A stretch of 64,000 nt of DNA from Candidatus Dormiibacterota bacterium (GTDB taxonomy: Bacteria > Chloroflexota > Dormibacteria > Aeolococcales > Aeolococcaceae): assembly GCA_036732145.1 (NCBI GenBank), contig DAINCY010000003.1, forward strand, positions 9,596 to 73,595. The letters run 5' to 3'. The position numbers were made by a program, and so were the translations under genes. This document shows positions 1 through 8,442 of the stretch, piece by piece. The notes beneath the pieces are model-generated. The model did no database searches, was not told the DNA's origin, and worked only from the letters and a program-made list of their open reading frames with translations. Position 1 is the first letter of the stretch. Every line of letters starts with the position of its first letter.

Positions 1-109
1 TGTTGCCCCCGCCATTGCGGGCGGGTGGCCCGGCACTCCCGGCGGCGAGGCCGCCGACACCCACGAGCAGAAAGAGGAGCGCGCAGACTTGAGCATAGAG
101 ACGTGCCAT
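1..109 (-). CDS. Partial CDS (N-terminus only, runs off the left edge): small membrane protein, DUF4383-like
   Basis: ATG at 109-107 (minus) opens MARLYAQVCALLFLLVGVGGLAAG... This is a hydrophobic N-terminal helix resembling DUF4383-type proteins (from memory). Only 36 codons are visible. Confidence 0.3.
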   Translation of the reverse strand, partial: MARLYAQVCALLFLLVGVGGLAAGSAGPPARNGGGN

Positions 110-162
110 GGGCGCGAGTCTGCCCGATCGTCAGCGGGCTGCGTGCGCCGGCAGCCCGGGGT

Positions 163-354
163 TCATTGGGTCAGGAGGGTGGCATCACCCACGCCGCGGG
201 CCTGCGACGTGCCGCGGCGGTGGACTGCTCGAGCCGCCGCCAGGCACCCTGGCGAGCAGTAGCGACCCCGCAGCTCCATCGCTTTGAAGCCGTCATAACC
301 CGAGCCGCAATGGGGGCAGAACTTGACACCGCGGAGGCGCTGGCGTCGTGGCAT
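163..354 (-). CDS. Small 4-Cys zinc-ribbon protein (63 aa), function unknown
   Basis: Internal ATG at 354 of ORF 163..444 is preceded by AGGAGA with a 6-nt spacer. The product MPRRQRLRGVKFCPHCGSGYDG...YCSPGC... has CPHC and CSPGC pairs. It lies on the same strand downstream of the PP2C gene. Confidence 0.4.
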   Translation of the reverse strand: MPRRQRLRGVKFCPHCGSGYDGFKAMELRGRYCSPGCLAAARAVHRRGTSQARGVGDATLLTQ

Positions 355-484
355 CTGAGGTCTCCTGTGGGGCCCGCTTGTGGGATGAATGCTGTGAGAA
401 CGAGGCGAACACCGGTTTGGTAACGGCCACTCGGATCGTGCCATGAAATCGCCGTCCGTGCGTGTTCAGCGACAGCCTTTCGGC

Positions 485-1252
485 TCAGGCCCGGATGCGG
501 ATGGCGACCAGGGTCACGTTGTCCGTCCCGCCGGCATCGAGGGCCGCCTGGGCGGCCCGTTCGACCACGGCAGTCAGCGGCCCCGGCGTGTCCAGGAGGA
601 CGGCGATGTCTTCGTCGGCCAGCGGCTCCCAGAACCCATCACTGCAGAGCATCAGGATGTCCCTCGGCGCCAGCTCGATCGACAGTACCTCGGGTTCGAG
701 GTCCTCCCCCATCACCGCCCGGGTGATGACATTCCGGCGAGGGTGATGCCGCTCGGAGCCCGGGTCCAGCGCGCCGGCACGCACCTGCTCGCCCACCCAC
801 GAGTGGTCGCTGGTGAGGGCCGTGGCCGTGGCGGCGCGGATCAGGTACGCGCGGCTGTCTCCGGCGTGGCCGATCACCGCCTCGTGGCCGCGCACGGCGG
901 CCATGGTCAGCGTGGTCCCCGGCTGTCCGCCGATGTCGGACCGCAGAGCGCCGACCGCCCGGTTCGCGGCTTCGACGGCGGCCACGAGAGTGGTGCGTTT
1001 CGCTTCCCCTGAGGCGAGCACGTCAAGCACCGCAGAGACCGCCGCTCCGGCCGCCTCGAGGCCCCCAGGCAGCCCGCCCATCCCGTCGGCCACGACCAAA
1101 GCGACGCCTTCGCCGCCTCGCAACGGGGTGGCGGCGAAAGCGTCCTGGTTCTGCTGGCGCACCGGTCCGATGTGCGTGCCGGCCGCGATCTCGAGGGAGT
1201 CCGTGGATGCGGCAGACAGGTCGACGACGGTGACTGCGGCAGGCGCTGTCAC
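485..1252 (-). CDS. PP2C/PPM-family Ser/Thr protein phosphatase
   Basis: 255-aa ORF with THIGPVRQQNQDAF, VADGMGG, CSDGFWE and GGTDNVTLVAI motifs. The GTG start overlaps the upstream stop (GTGA at 1249-1252). Confidence 0.9.
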   Translation of the reverse strand: MTAPAAVTVVDLSAASTDSLEIAAGTHIGPVRQQNQDAFAATPLRGGEGVALVVADGMGGLPGGLEAAGAAVSAVLDVLASGEAKRTTLVAAVEAANRAVGALRSDIGGQPGTTLTMAAVRGHEAVIGHAGDSRAYLIRAATATALTSDHSWVGEQVRAGALDPGSERHHPRRNVITRAVMGEDLEPEVLSIELAPRDILMLCSDGFWEPLADEDIAVLLDTPGPLTAVVERAAQAALDAGGTDNVTLVAIRIRA

Positions 1253-1956
1253 CGTCCGGCGCCGGCGGACTCGGGCTCGGCTGCGGCTGGGCGGCCAAGC
1301 AGTAACTCGACGACCTCGTCAGCGATGACCATGGGGTCGTTGCACTGGATGGTGGTCATCCCGAGCTCGGTGGCCGCGTCGACGTTGCAGCGCAGGTCGT
1401 CCACGAAGAGACACTCTTCCGGCGCCAGGCCGAGACGATCGCACGTGAGCAGGAAGATGGCGGGATCGGGCTTGCGCATCCGCACTTGCGACGAGTCCAC
1501 GACGACGTCGAACAGCTCGTCGACGGGCAGCAGGGATCGCCACACTGACTCGCCGCTTCGAGAGATGTTGGTGAGCAGCGCCGTGCGGTAGCCCGCACCC
1601 TTGACCTGGCGGACGGCATCGATCATTGCGCCGCACGCCGCCATGCCGCGCCCGAACACCACGTACTCGGCGATGCGGGCGTCGACTCCGGAGTGTCCGC
1701 CCTCTGCCATGTAGCGCGCGGTCATGCGGCCGAAGAACTCGTCGTCGGAGATGGCCCCGGTCTCGAGCAGATGGAGGTCATGCGCTCCCGTGGGCAGGTG
1801 GTAGACGTCCTTGAACTCATTGAGGAAGAAGCGGAGAAGATCGAGCTGGATGGGGTCCACGATCTTCTCGCGATGGCGGCCGAGGGGCTCGGTCATGACG
1901 CCCCCGAAGTCGAAGATGGCCCCCTTGAGTGGGCGTTCCGACGATCGGCCGTTCAC
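1249..1956 (-). CDS. HAD-superfamily hydrolase
   Basis: 235-aa ORF with N-terminal motif KGAIFDFGGVMTEP, LLTNIS and C-terminal LFVDDL, typical of HAD-IA hydrolases. Confidence 0.85.
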   Translation of the reverse strand: MNGRSSERPLKGAIFDFGGVMTEPLGRHREKIVDPIQLDLLRFFLNEFKDVYHLPTGAHDLHLLETGAISDDEFFGRMTARYMAEGGHSGVDARIAEYVVFGRGMAACGAMIDAVRQVKGAGYRTALLTNISRSGESVWRSLLPVDELFDVVVDSSQVRMRKPDPAIFLLTCDRLGLAPEECLFVDDLRCNVDAATELGMTTIQCNDPMVIADEVVELLLGRPAAAEPESAGAGR

Positions 1957-2062
1957 CCAACCATTGTGCCCGATCCCATCTGCCCGTCAGCCACGCCGGC
2001 ACGGAGCGCCCTCGGTGCCAACGAAACAGGCGAGCCGGCAGCCCGCTCAACCAGCGCCGTGG

Positions 2063-2752
2063 TCAGTTCGCCGACCGGATCTTCTGCAACCTGCGCAGCG
2101 TGTCCGCCAGCGCCCGCACCAGCTCCTCACGGGGCGCGTCGGGGTCGAGCGCCGGCGTGCCCTCGGGCGGCGGCACATTGGGGATGGGATGTCCGGCACT
2201 GGTGCCGGCCGCGGGGAGGAGGGCTTCGTCAGTGGAACGCAGGCGTGCTCTGCGGAATCGCGATGCCCCGTCCGGCTGGACGCGGCGCAGGCGCTTCTCC
2301 AGGCGGACGGCCGCATCGTCACGAAACATCGGCGAACCGGCGAACTGCTGGACGGCCGCCAGGGCGACGTCGAGAAGGCTGTTGCCTGCAGCGATGGAGA
2401 CGTTTGCCAGATGGTGGTATCGCTGCGCGTCCTCGGGCGCAGCGAGGCCCACGACGAACCGGCCATCCAGGCCGGGCAGCCATTGCGCGATCCCCTTTTC
2501 GTCCATGAGCAGGTACACAGGCACGCTGTCCTCGGGAATGGCGTGGGCCCACCAGCGATCGAGCTTGGCCTGACGGTCCCTGTCGGCGAAGAAGGCGACG
2601 CCGCGAACCGGCGGAACCGCGATCACCGCGAGTGGACTGTCGGGACGGCGAACCTCGTCAAGCGCGGCAGCGAGGCGCTGCGCCTCTTCGACGTCGGGCA
2701 CAAGCACGGTCATCGCGTACTGCTGCGCGGAATCGGTGGGAATGGTGATCAT
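2063..2752 (-). CDS. Hypothetical protein (229 aa), no family recognised
   Basis: Longest ORF in the region with balanced, non-Arg-biased composition. Same strand as the HAD/PP2C genes, 106 nt upstream of them. The competing + strand ORFs are Arg/Pro-rich artefacts. Confidence 0.55.
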   Translation of the reverse strand: MITIPTDSAQQYAMTVLVPDVEEAQRLAAALDEVRRPDSPLAVIAVPPVRGVAFFADRDRQAKLDRWWAHAIPEDSVPVYLLMDEKGIAQWLPGLDGRFVVGLAAPEDAQRYHHLANVSIAAGNSLLDVALAAVQQFAGSPMFRDDAAVRLEKRLRRVQPDGASRFRRARLRSTDEALLPAAGTSAGHPIPNVPPPEGTPALDPDAPREELVRALADTLRRLQKIRSAN

Positions 2753-2984
2753 GCCTCCGGGGTGTGATGTTGGACGCGGACGTGGGGTGCGACTGTTGGC
2801 GAGCGTGCTGCCGACGATGATAGCAACGGGGATGGGAGCGTCTGTGATCTGTGTGAGCTCATCTGAAGCTGATGCCCTGCGCCGGGGAACAGGGCGTGGT
2901 TAACTCAGCGATCCCAATGTCCAATCAGATGTGCGGTTGTGTTCGGTCGGCCACGGCTTCGTGCGCCGCGAATCCCCCCGGCCG

Positions 2985-4466
2985 ATGAATAAGTCGATCG
3001 TGCCGCACTCCCCGGTCGCACGGCGCGACGGGATGACAAGGGTCATCGTCGCCGCGGTCGCAGCTGTCGCCGCCGGACTGGTTCTCTACCAGTTGAGCCG
3101 ACCCGGGTTGCTGTTCGGCCAGAGTGAATACGACGACGCCGTCTACTTCGGCTCCTCCGTCAGGCTTGTCCATGGGGCGATTCCGTATCGGGACTTCGTA
3201 CTGGTCCAGCCGCCCGGCTTGGAGCTGCTCGCGAGTCCGGTGGCGCTCCTCTCGCGACTGATCGGCACACGAGACGCTCTTGCCGTGCTCCGGCTGTGCA
3301 TGCCGTTTGTGGCCGCGGCAAACGTCGTGTTCGTGGGGACGCTGGTGAGCCATCGTGGGCGGCTCGCGACGCTCGTTGCTGCGGGTCTCATGGCGGTGTT
3401 TCCCGCCGAGGTGAACGCAACCCACACCGTGCTGCTCGAACCGCTGCTCGACGTCTTCTGCCTGCTGGGAGCAGTGCTCGTTTTTGATGGTGAGGCCTTC
3501 GCCGGCGGCCTCCGCCTGCTGGCAGGCGGCGCGGCCTTCGGGTTCGCCGGCACGGTCAAAGCCTGGGCGCTCATCCCGGTCCTCGTCATTGCGGTCGTCT
3601 GCCTCCCTGTGATCCGGAGGCGCCTCGTGCCCTTCATCGGCGGCGTGGCGGCGGGCTTTGCAGTCCCCACGCTGCCGTTCTTCATCGCCGCGCCAGGGGC
3701 CTTCTACCACGATGTGGTGGCCCTACAGCTCAGCCGGATCGCGGCGCCGAGCCGCGTCGGTCTGTCCGCTCGACTCGCCGACCTGATGGGTACGACTACG
3801 ATCGCTGGAGGAGCTTTGGCGATTGCAGTGGTGGTTGGGCTCGTGGTCCTGGTCGTTGCAGGGTTCGCGGTGTCCCACCGGCGCCCGACCAGCGTTGAGT
3901 GGTTCGCCATCGGCTCCGCCGTCGCTGTGTCTGTTCTCCTGCTTGCTCCGGCGCAGTTCTACGCCCACTATGCCGCCTTCTTCGCGCCCTTCCTGGCCAT
4001 CGTGGTCGGCCTCGCCTTTGGTCGCCTGGTTGGCCGGCATCCATCGCGGGCCATGCTGGCGTTCGCAGCGGTGGTTCTGACGGTTCTAGCCGCGAACCAG
4101 GTCCGCTCGGTGTCGGCCGAATCATCACGGGACCGGTCACTCGCGGTCGATGCCATTATTCCGGCAGGCGGCTGTGCCCTGGCCGACAGTGCCGCGGACC
4201 TGATCACGACCGATCGTTTCGTTTCGGCTCGGCCGGGCTGCCCCACCATTGCTGACGCCTATGGCACCAGGGTCGCCTACGGCGGCACGACCGCCGCGGC
4301 GGCGGACGTGTGGCGGCGTGCGTTTGCCCAGGCAGACTATGTGGTGGTCTATTCCCTGTACAACACGCGCATCCCGATCGATGCGCACCTGCGCTTCGAC
4401 CTGTCACATCAGTTCCATCTGGTGCGCGCCGCCGGCCTGCTGATCTTCGTGCGGAATGGGGCGTGA
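2985..4466 (+). CDS. Polytopic membrane glycosyltransferase, GT-C fold (ArnT/PMT/DUF2029-like)
   Basis: ORF 2931..4466. ATG at 2985 gives MNKSIV... It has many hydrophobic segments. The first-loop motif SEYDDAVYFGSS...IPYRDFVLVQPPG is typical of GT-C enzymes. Confidence 0.75.
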   Translation: MNKSIVPHSPVARRDGMTRVIVAAVAAVAAGLVLYQLSRPGLLFGQSEYDDAVYFGSSVRLVHGAIPYRDFVLVQPPGLELLASPVALLSRLIGTRDALAVLRLCMPFVAAANVVFVGTLVSHRGRLATLVAAGLMAVFPAEVNATHTVLLEPLLDVFCLLGAVLVFDGEAFAGGLRLLAGGAAFGFAGTVKAWALIPVLVIAVVCLPVIRRRLVPFIGGVAAGFAVPTLPFFIAAPGAFYHDVVALQLSRIAAPSRVGLSARLADLMGTTTIAGGALAIAVVVGLVVLVVAGFAVSHRRPTSVEWFAIGSAVAVSVLLLAPAQFYAHYAAFFAPFLAIVVGLAFGRLVGRHPSRAMLAFAAVVLTVLAANQVRSVSAESSRDRSLAVDAIIPAGGCALADSAADLITTDRFVSARPGCPTIADAYGTRVAYGGTTAAAADVWRRAFAQADYVVVYSLYNTRIPIDAHLRFDLSHQFHLVRAAGLLIFVRNGA

Positions 4467-4590
4467 AGTTGCCCGATCCAACGAGAGGACGCTGGCCTCG
4501 GCGAGCGTTGGCGGGTCAGGTTGAGGGATGACGCGCTCGCCGCTAGGACCGCACCTTCGCGAACCGTCAGACTGCGCTGATACCAGCGAG

Positions 4591-4667
4591 TGGTCGGGGC
4601 GACTGGATTCGAACCAGCGACCCCCTGCTCCCAAAGCAGGTGCGCTACCGGGCTGCGCCACGCCCCG
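4591..4667 (-). tRNA. tRNA-Pro (anticodon TGG), CCA encoded
   Basis: Reverse complement reads CGGGGCG..CCTGC-TTTGGGA-GCAGG..GGTTCGAATCC..CGCCCCG-A-CCA. This gives a 7-bp acceptor stem, a canonical T-loop and anticodon loop TT-TGG-GA. Confidence 0.95.
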
Positions 4668-4778
4668 ACGCTTGAATTCGCCTCGCCTGCTACGGCCGAG
4701 GCAGGCAGTGACTCGCCTACTCCGCGCGGGCATTTGTCGCACGCATTCTAGGGTCTCGCGGGTCGACGACGCTGCCCC

Positions 4779-4816
4779 GCCCGTACCCAGCGCGCCGCCG
4801 CGACAGGATTGAGTCA
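4779..4816. repeat. Copy A of a ~38-nt imperfect direct repeat (core ACAGGATTGAGTCA)
   Basis: gcccgtacccagcgcgccgccgcgacaggattgagtca. It matches 5901..5939 with 13/14 identity in the 5' block and 18/19 in the 3' block. Confidence 0.8.
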
Positions 4817-4881
4817 GCCGTTCTGTGCTGTCGGGAGCTCCGACGCACCGTCCACATATGGAGCGCGCGAGGAGGTCGCCA

Positions 4882-5742
4882 TCAAAGCGCATCGCCTGCG
4901 CGCCGGCGTCCGACTGCGACCATCAGGACACCGACGACGATCGCCCCGAGGCCAAGGGCAGGACGCATGGAACCGGGATCTCCAGCGCCGGTGCTGGGCG
5001 TTGATGGGGTCCCTGGCCGCCCGGGCGTACCGCTGGACGCGAGAGCGCACGTGCCGGCGGGGGGAGTTATCTGGTTGCCGTCCAACGTGAGCGCCCCGTT
5101 CCGAGCCAGGGCGCGCCCCTTGAGGATGTTGGCGCCGGTGACCATGGTGATGCTGGTCAGTGCCATCAGGTTGCCTTGAAACTGAGTCGCCGAGCCGAGC
5201 GTGGCTGAGCTGCCGACCTGCCAGTACACCGCACACGCCTGGGCGCCATTTCTGAGAAGGACGACCGAGTTGCTCGCGGTGGTCAGCGTGCTCCCGATCC
5301 GGAAGATGAACACGCCATTGCCGCTCAGGGTGAGTGAACCGGTCAACTGTGCCGACGAGCTGAAGGTGTAAACACCGGGGGTCAGGTTCTTTCCGCCCAG
5401 ATCCTTACCGGTCAGGTTGGAGGTCGACGGCGAATTGGCGGCGTCGGTGTAGGCGGTGACGAGGTCGTTCTTCGCCTGCAACGCCGCGGCGTCAGTAACG
5501 TGCTGTGTGCCGGTGACGCTGCCGGGAGGGAATCCGGTCACCGCGGTACCCGGATGCAGTCCCAGATTGCCGGTGATCACGGTGGGGCCGGTGTTCGTGA
5601 TCGTCGATCCTGCCAGGACCGCGAAGTTGAGAGCTGTCCCGAGCCTTGGCTGGGTGGCCGCAGACGCCGCTGTGGGCCACGCTCCGGCGATCGCAGCTGC
5701 GGTCATCACCAGCAGCGGGACCATCCGGGGGCGCTTGAACAT
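4882..5742 (-). CDS. Secreted DUF3494 ice-binding-like family protein with C-terminal Pro/Thr linker and TM anchor
   Basis: ORF 4882..5820. ATG at 5742 gives MFKRPRMVPLLVMTAAAIAGAWPTAASA, a signal peptide. The body LGTALNFAVLAGSTITNTGPTVITGNLGLHPGTAVTGFPPG...VYWQVGSSATLG...GRALARNGALTL matches the DUF3494 beta-helix family. The tail is PGTPSTPSTG...LGLGAIVVGVLMVAVGRRRAG. Confidence 0.85.
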   Translation of the reverse strand: MFKRPRMVPLLVMTAAAIAGAWPTAASAATQPRLGTALNFAVLAGSTITNTGPTVITGNLGLHPGTAVTGFPPGSVTGTQHVTDAAALQAKNDLVTAYTDAANSPSTSNLTGKDLGGKNLTPGVYTFSSSAQLTGSLTLSGNGVFIFRIGSTLTTASNSVVLLRNGAQACAVYWQVGSSATLGSATQFQGNLMALTSITMVTGANILKGRALARNGALTLDGNQITPPAGTCALASSGTPGRPGTPSTPSTGAGDPGSMRPALGLGAIVVGVLMVAVGRRRAGDAL

Positions 5743-5900
5743 GGCCCCCCCTCGCGCAGAATCGAACAGGTTGCGGGCACGCGGCACATACGCTTGGTGG
5801 ATCGGGCGCGATACGGACACGGCGAGGTTCCCTCGTCACGGATGGATCCCTTTGCCCCTCCCGGCCACGGTGCGGCGCTCGGGCGCTCGCGTCTGTCCGC

Positions 5901-5939
5901 GCCCGTACTCAGCGGCCCATCCGCAACAGGATTGAGTCA
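5901..5939. repeat. Copy B of the ~38-nt imperfect direct repeat
   Basis: gcccgtactcagcggcccatccgcaacaggattgagtca. It lies in the divergent IBP/marP-like intergenic region. Confidence 0.8.
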
Positions 5940-5942
5940 ATC
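5930..5942. promoter_or_regulatory. 13-bp palindrome GATTGA-G-TCAATC (candidate operator)
   Basis: Perfect 6+1+6 inverted repeat that extends copy B of the repeat. It sits in a 354-nt divergent intergenic region. Confidence 0.35.
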
Positions 5943-6096
5943 TGGCGCGCCCTAAAGCCCGCCTCACCCGGCGGGGAAAAGGCGCCATTGCGGACCGTCT
6001 GTCGTCGGGGTGGCGGCCAAGCAGTCATCCGTGTCTCTCGTCTGACCGCGCAGAGCGTGCGAGCACCATCGCCGCGGGCGACGCCACACTGCGCCC

Positions 6097-7272
6097 ATGG
6101 ACATCCTCGATGCCGTCATCCTCCTGCTGGTCGCGTCGGCCCTTGTCTCAGGCTACCGTCGGGGCATCAGCTGGGTGGGGCCGTCGCTGGTCGGGCTGAT
6201 CGTCGGCGTCGTCGCCGGCGCCGCGGCGGCGCCGCCCGTGGCCGCGTTCTTCAGCAAGCAGCCGAACGTCGAGCCGCTGATCACGTCTGGTGTCTTCCTC
6301 GGCATCGTGCTGATCGTTCAGGGCATCGGGACGACCATCGGCTTTCGGGCTCGTGTCCGCAGCCTGCGCACCCGGTTTGCTGCGTTTGACAGCGCCCTGG
6401 GCTCCTTGCTGGCCGTTGCCGGCGTGCTGGCGGGCTCGTGGTACCTCGGGCTGACGTTCTCCCAGAGTCCCTGGACTGCGCTCGACACCCAGATCAACGG
6501 GTCGGCGATCGAGAAGGCACTCGACGGGGCAGCGCCGCGACCGCCGGGATTCCTGGCCAGCCTGGAGAACTCCCTGCGCAACAGCAGCTTCCCCAACCCC
6601 TTCTCCGCGATCGCGCCCATCGCCCCGCTCCCGGCCGCCATCCCAACGTTGGTCGACACACCGGGGATCCGTGCCGCCGAGGCGGTGACCTCCAAGGTGA
6701 TCGCCTTCGGATGCGGCGGCGCCGAGGCGGGATCGGCGTGGCCCATCGGCGACGACGACGTGGTCACCAACGCCCATGTGGTGGCAGGATCGCAGCGTGT
6801 CGAGCTCGACACCACGGACGGGGCGACCCATCCCGCGACCGTGGTCTATTTCGACCCCAAGGTGGACGTGGCCATCCTGCACGTGCCCGGCCTCGGGGAG
6901 ACTGCGCTGCGCACCGCATCCACCGACCCCGGGAGGGGGGTGCTCGGGGCGGCCATCGGCTACCCGGGCGGCCAGACCGAGACGGTGGCGCCCGCCGAGG
7001 TGCGCGGCACCGAGACCGCCCGCGGCTACAACATCTACAACTCCGACGTCGTCAACCGCGACATCGAGGTGCTTGCCGCGCAGATCATTCCTGGCAACTC
7101 GGGAGGACCCCTTGTCGACACCTCCGGCGTGGTCCAGGGTCTGGTGTTCGCCGCCAGCACCACCGACCCCAACGAGGGCTATGCGCTCACCATGACCCAG
7201 ATCGCTCCCAACCTGGCGGATGGGCGCGGGCGCACTCAGCAGGTGTCGACCCAGCAGTGCATCAACGGGTGA
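6097..7272 (+). CDS. CvpA-domain membrane-anchored trypsin-like serine protease (MarP/Rv3671c-like)
   Basis: 391 aa. The N-terminus has TM helices (MDILDAVILLLVASALVSGYRRG...). The C-terminus is an S1 protease with VVTNAHVV (His), DVAILHV (Asp) and GNSGGPLV (Ser). Confidence 0.85.
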   Translation: MDILDAVILLLVASALVSGYRRGISWVGPSLVGLIVGVVAGAAAAPPVAAFFSKQPNVEPLITSGVFLGIVLIVQGIGTTIGFRARVRSLRTRFAAFDSALGSLLAVAGVLAGSWYLGLTFSQSPWTALDTQINGSAIEKALDGAAPRPPGFLASLENSLRNSSFPNPFSAIAPIAPLPAAIPTLVDTPGIRAAEAVTSKVIAFGCGGAEAGSAWPIGDDDVVTNAHVVAGSQRVELDTTDGATHPATVVYFDPKVDVAILHVPGLGETALRTASTDPGRGVLGAAIGYPGGQTETVAPAEVRGTETARGYNIYNSDVVNRDIEVLAAQIIPGNSGGPLVDTSGVVQGLVFAASTTDPNEGYALTMTQIAPNLADGRGRTQQVSTQQCING

Positions 7273-7361
7273 GCAGACTGTTGGAGATCGCGCGACGCAC
7301 GACCGCCATGCGGGCAACACGGCGCATCAGAGTTTTGTAAGCGCGAACACACCGCGGACCG

Positions 7362-7661
7362 TCAATGAATGAGGCGGAGCAACGCGGTGGTGACCACGGC
7401 GGCCGCCACCACGACAAGGAACGGTGCTCGGAGCAGCACCGCCACACACGCGACAGCGACGCCAGCGGCGCGCGCGTCCACGACCAGCCGCGTAGCCGTC
7501 GTGAAGGTCTGCACCGCCACCAGCGTGGCGAGAAGGGCGATGGGCAGCAGGTCGGTGACGCGCCCGACCCGGGCGTTGCTGAGGAGCCGGCGGGGCACCG
7601 ACAGACCAGCGAGCTTGAGCGCGTAGCATCCCGCCGAACCAACCAGCACCGCCAGCCACAT
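7362..7661 (-). CDS. azlD: AzlD-family branched-chain amino acid exporter small subunit
   Basis: Internal ATG at 7661 gives MWLAVLVGSAGCYALKLAGLSVP..., about 100 aa and hydrophobic. It begins 1 nt after the azlC stop. Confidence 0.75.
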   Translation of the reverse strand: MWLAVLVGSAGCYALKLAGLSVPRRLLSNARVGRVTDLLPIALLATLVAVQTFTTATRLVVDARAAGVAVACVAVLLRAPFLVVVAAAVVTTALLRLIH

Positions 7662-7662
7662 C

Positions 7663-8394
7663 TCAGGCCACCTCAGCTGACGGGCGGCCATCGGCCGGCG
7701 GGAGTGGCGGGCTTGCGCTGCCAACCGCCCCAACGACCACCGCCACCAGGGCTGCGATCAGCACCGGTCCGCCCGCGGGAAGCAAGGGCACGCTGGCCAT
7801 CGCGATGGCCGCGGCGATGACCGCGACTCCGACGGCGGACCGCGACCGGACGCGGGGCGCGAGCAGTGCCAGGAATGCCGCCGGCGCGGCGGCGTCAAGT
7901 CCCACCGTTTTGGGATTGGACAGGGCGTGCGCTCCCAGGGCGCCGATGACGGTTCCCAGATTCCAGAGCACGTAGACGCTGCCGCCGGTGGCCCAGAAGC
8001 CGAGCCGGTTGGCACGGTCGCTCTCCCGGCCGAGGCTCATCGCGGTGCTCTCGTCAATGACCAGCTGCGCCGCCAGGAGCTTGCGCGGCCCCCGAACGTC
8101 GAGCAGCGATGAGAGCCGCAATCCGTACAGCGCATTGCGCGTGCCGAGCAGCAGTGCGGTCGCCGCGGCGGTGAGCGCTGCACCGCCAGAGCCGAGCACG
8201 CTGACGAGCGCGTACTGCGACGCGCCTGTGAACATGAGCAGCGAGAGCACGCACGTCTGCAGAACCGAGAGGCCGGCGGCCGTGGCGATGGCGCCGAAGG
8301 ACAGCGCGTACGCCCCGGTGGCGATCCCGATGCCCGCCGCGTTGCGCAGAACTGAATCGCGAAGGGAGCGCCAGTCGGCGGGTGGTAGGTCCAT
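7663..8394 (-). CDS. azlC: AzlC-family branched-chain amino acid exporter
   Basis: 243-aa polytopic protein. GIATGAYALSFGAIATAAGLS...LMFTGASQYA is typical of AzlC. Confidence 0.85.
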   Translation of the reverse strand: MDLPPADWRSLRDSVLRNAAGIGIATGAYALSFGAIATAAGLSVLQTCVLSLLMFTGASQYALVSVLGSGGAALTAAATALLLGTRNALYGLRLSSLLDVRGPRKLLAAQLVIDESTAMSLGRESDRANRLGFWATGGSVYVLWNLGTVIGALGAHALSNPKTVGLDAAAPAAFLALLAPRVRSRSAVGVAVIAAAIAMASVPLLPAGGPVLIAALVAVVVGAVGSASPPLPPADGRPSAEVA

Positions 8395-8442
8395 CGCGGC
8401 AACGCTAACCGTTGCCGTTGGGATTGGACGTGACCTTCGCCG

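Noticed and set aside
25-423. 132-aa + strand ORF at the left edge
   Set aside because: It is Arg-rich and motif-free. It overlaps a better-supported minus-strand small ORF that has an SD, and it overlaps the start of the DUF4383-like gene.
4467-4881. Integrated mobile element at tRNA-Pro
   Set aside because: No integrase, recombinase, excisionase or phage-like ORF lies within several kb. The direct repeat does not overlap the tRNA 3' end. The observation is kept only as a repeat finding.
5958-5975. CCCGCC-N6-GGCGGG hairpin as an intrinsic terminator
   Set aside because: It lies in a divergent promoter region with no upstream gene on either strand to terminate. It has no convincing U-tract.
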